A DNA stretch of 64,000 nt, taken from Andalucia godoyi And28 (lineage: Eukaryota; Protista; Jakobida). Below the pieces are notes generated by a model. The model did not search any database, was not told the DNA's origin, and saw nothing but the letters and a program-made list of their open reading frames with translations. The stretch is from NCBI GenBank assembly GCA_009859145.1, contig VRVR01000016.1, positions 279,550 through 343,549 on the forward strand, given 5' to 3'. Shown in pieces: positions 63,304 to 64,000 of this stretch. How positions within the stretch are numbered: the stretch's first letter is position 1; the number at the start of each line of letters is the position of its first letter. Both the position numbers and the translations under genes were made by a program.

Positions 63304-63511
63304 CGCGATACTCAGTCGCCCTATGGAACAAACGTTGCAAAAATTGAAACCAACGAATGATGGAATAGATGGCTACGGATGCTGCGTTAAAGAGTGTCGA
63401 AAATGCGGAGCCTGTGTCACAGGCTTTGAAACAAACGTGCTAGTGTCGGCCAGCATTGTCCGTGTCTGTTTATGTATACTTCCATACGCATGACAGTGGC
63501 GTGTTATTAAA
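63304..63511 (-). mobile_element. Second, truncated copy (left end only) of the element at 17578-18211
   Basis: 63345-63511 aligns to 18007-18211 with ~13 substitutions over ~165 nt, one 36-nt versus 1-nt indel and one 3-nt indel; weaker similarity continues to ~63304. Confidence 0.8.
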
Positions 63512-64000
63512 GGAAAGAAAGGTACAAAAAGCGCCTCCGGCTGTAAAAGCGACCCGCCTTCGTTATCAAAGTGGGGGCGTTCGAATTTTTTTCTTTCTGT
63601 TTTCTTCTCTTATTATGTGTCCGTGCTGTGCGTGATTGAGTGAGTAGTAAGTGAGACCGCCTGTGTGTGACGCTCGGGAAGTGACGACGACTGTCTGACT
63701 GTCGCATGGGCCTGCAGCGCTGGGACCTTCGGTTTCGGCTTCAGGAGCGCAGGAAACGCCTGGACACGCATCCAGGTAGGACATCCGCCGGATCCCTTTT
63801 TTCGAATCGGAGAATCCAAATGCATGCAGTTCAGAGATTTCTACAGTCATTGCATGATGGCACGCGCTGATCGTCTGGTCACAGACTCCTCAGTGTCCTG
63901 CATCAATATGTTTCTGCATTCTACATGTGATGGTTATAGGAAACGAAGGGAAAAAAAACCAAGAAAAGGAAACCAGGTTTGTTTTTGGACTTGATCAAAG

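Noticed and set aside
63330-63511. Repeat read as a spliceosomal snRNA because of AATTTTTG (Sm-like site) on the minus strand and ATACTTCC resembling the U1 5' end
   Set aside because: The Sm-like site is not kept in copy 1, no U1/U2/U4/U5/U6 signature is present, and substitutions in the ATGCATA/TATGCAT stem are not compensatory
63566-63850. Short minus-strand ORFs at the window end
   Set aside because: No homology recognised; may belong to a gene beyond the window but cannot be determined

Overview
Gene-dense, intron-poor eukaryotic DNA using the standard code, probably from a flagellated protist (CEP131 and an NME5/DPY-30 radial-spoke gene are present). About 27 protein-coding genes are supported; all family calls come from motif recognition, not database searches. 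They include eIF3i, BABAM1, RPP40-like, CNNM, a PH-ankyrin-TKL kinase, glucosidase II alpha, mL54, POT1, CEP131, ALG6, a JAMM-BAH protein, DIS3L2, a BRO1/ALIX protein and NME5. Three intronless genes look bacterial (alanine racemase, a signal-peptide-bearing M20A deacylase, HutD/Ves). Four GT-AG introns could be reconstructed by hand. The most notable signal is a ~635 bp non-autonomous element at 17578-18211 (minus strand). It keeps only the N-terminal WED/HTH-like motif and the C-terminal RuvC-III motif (DRDxNGARNI) of a TnpB/Fanzor2 nuclease, followed by a structured omegaRNA-like 3' end. Its left end recurs at ~63.3-63.5 kb (about 92% identical by manual count) and a fragment resembling its right end lies at 46271-46310, beside a decayed IS630/Tc1-like transposase. 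No tRNA, rRNA or CRISPR array was recognised.
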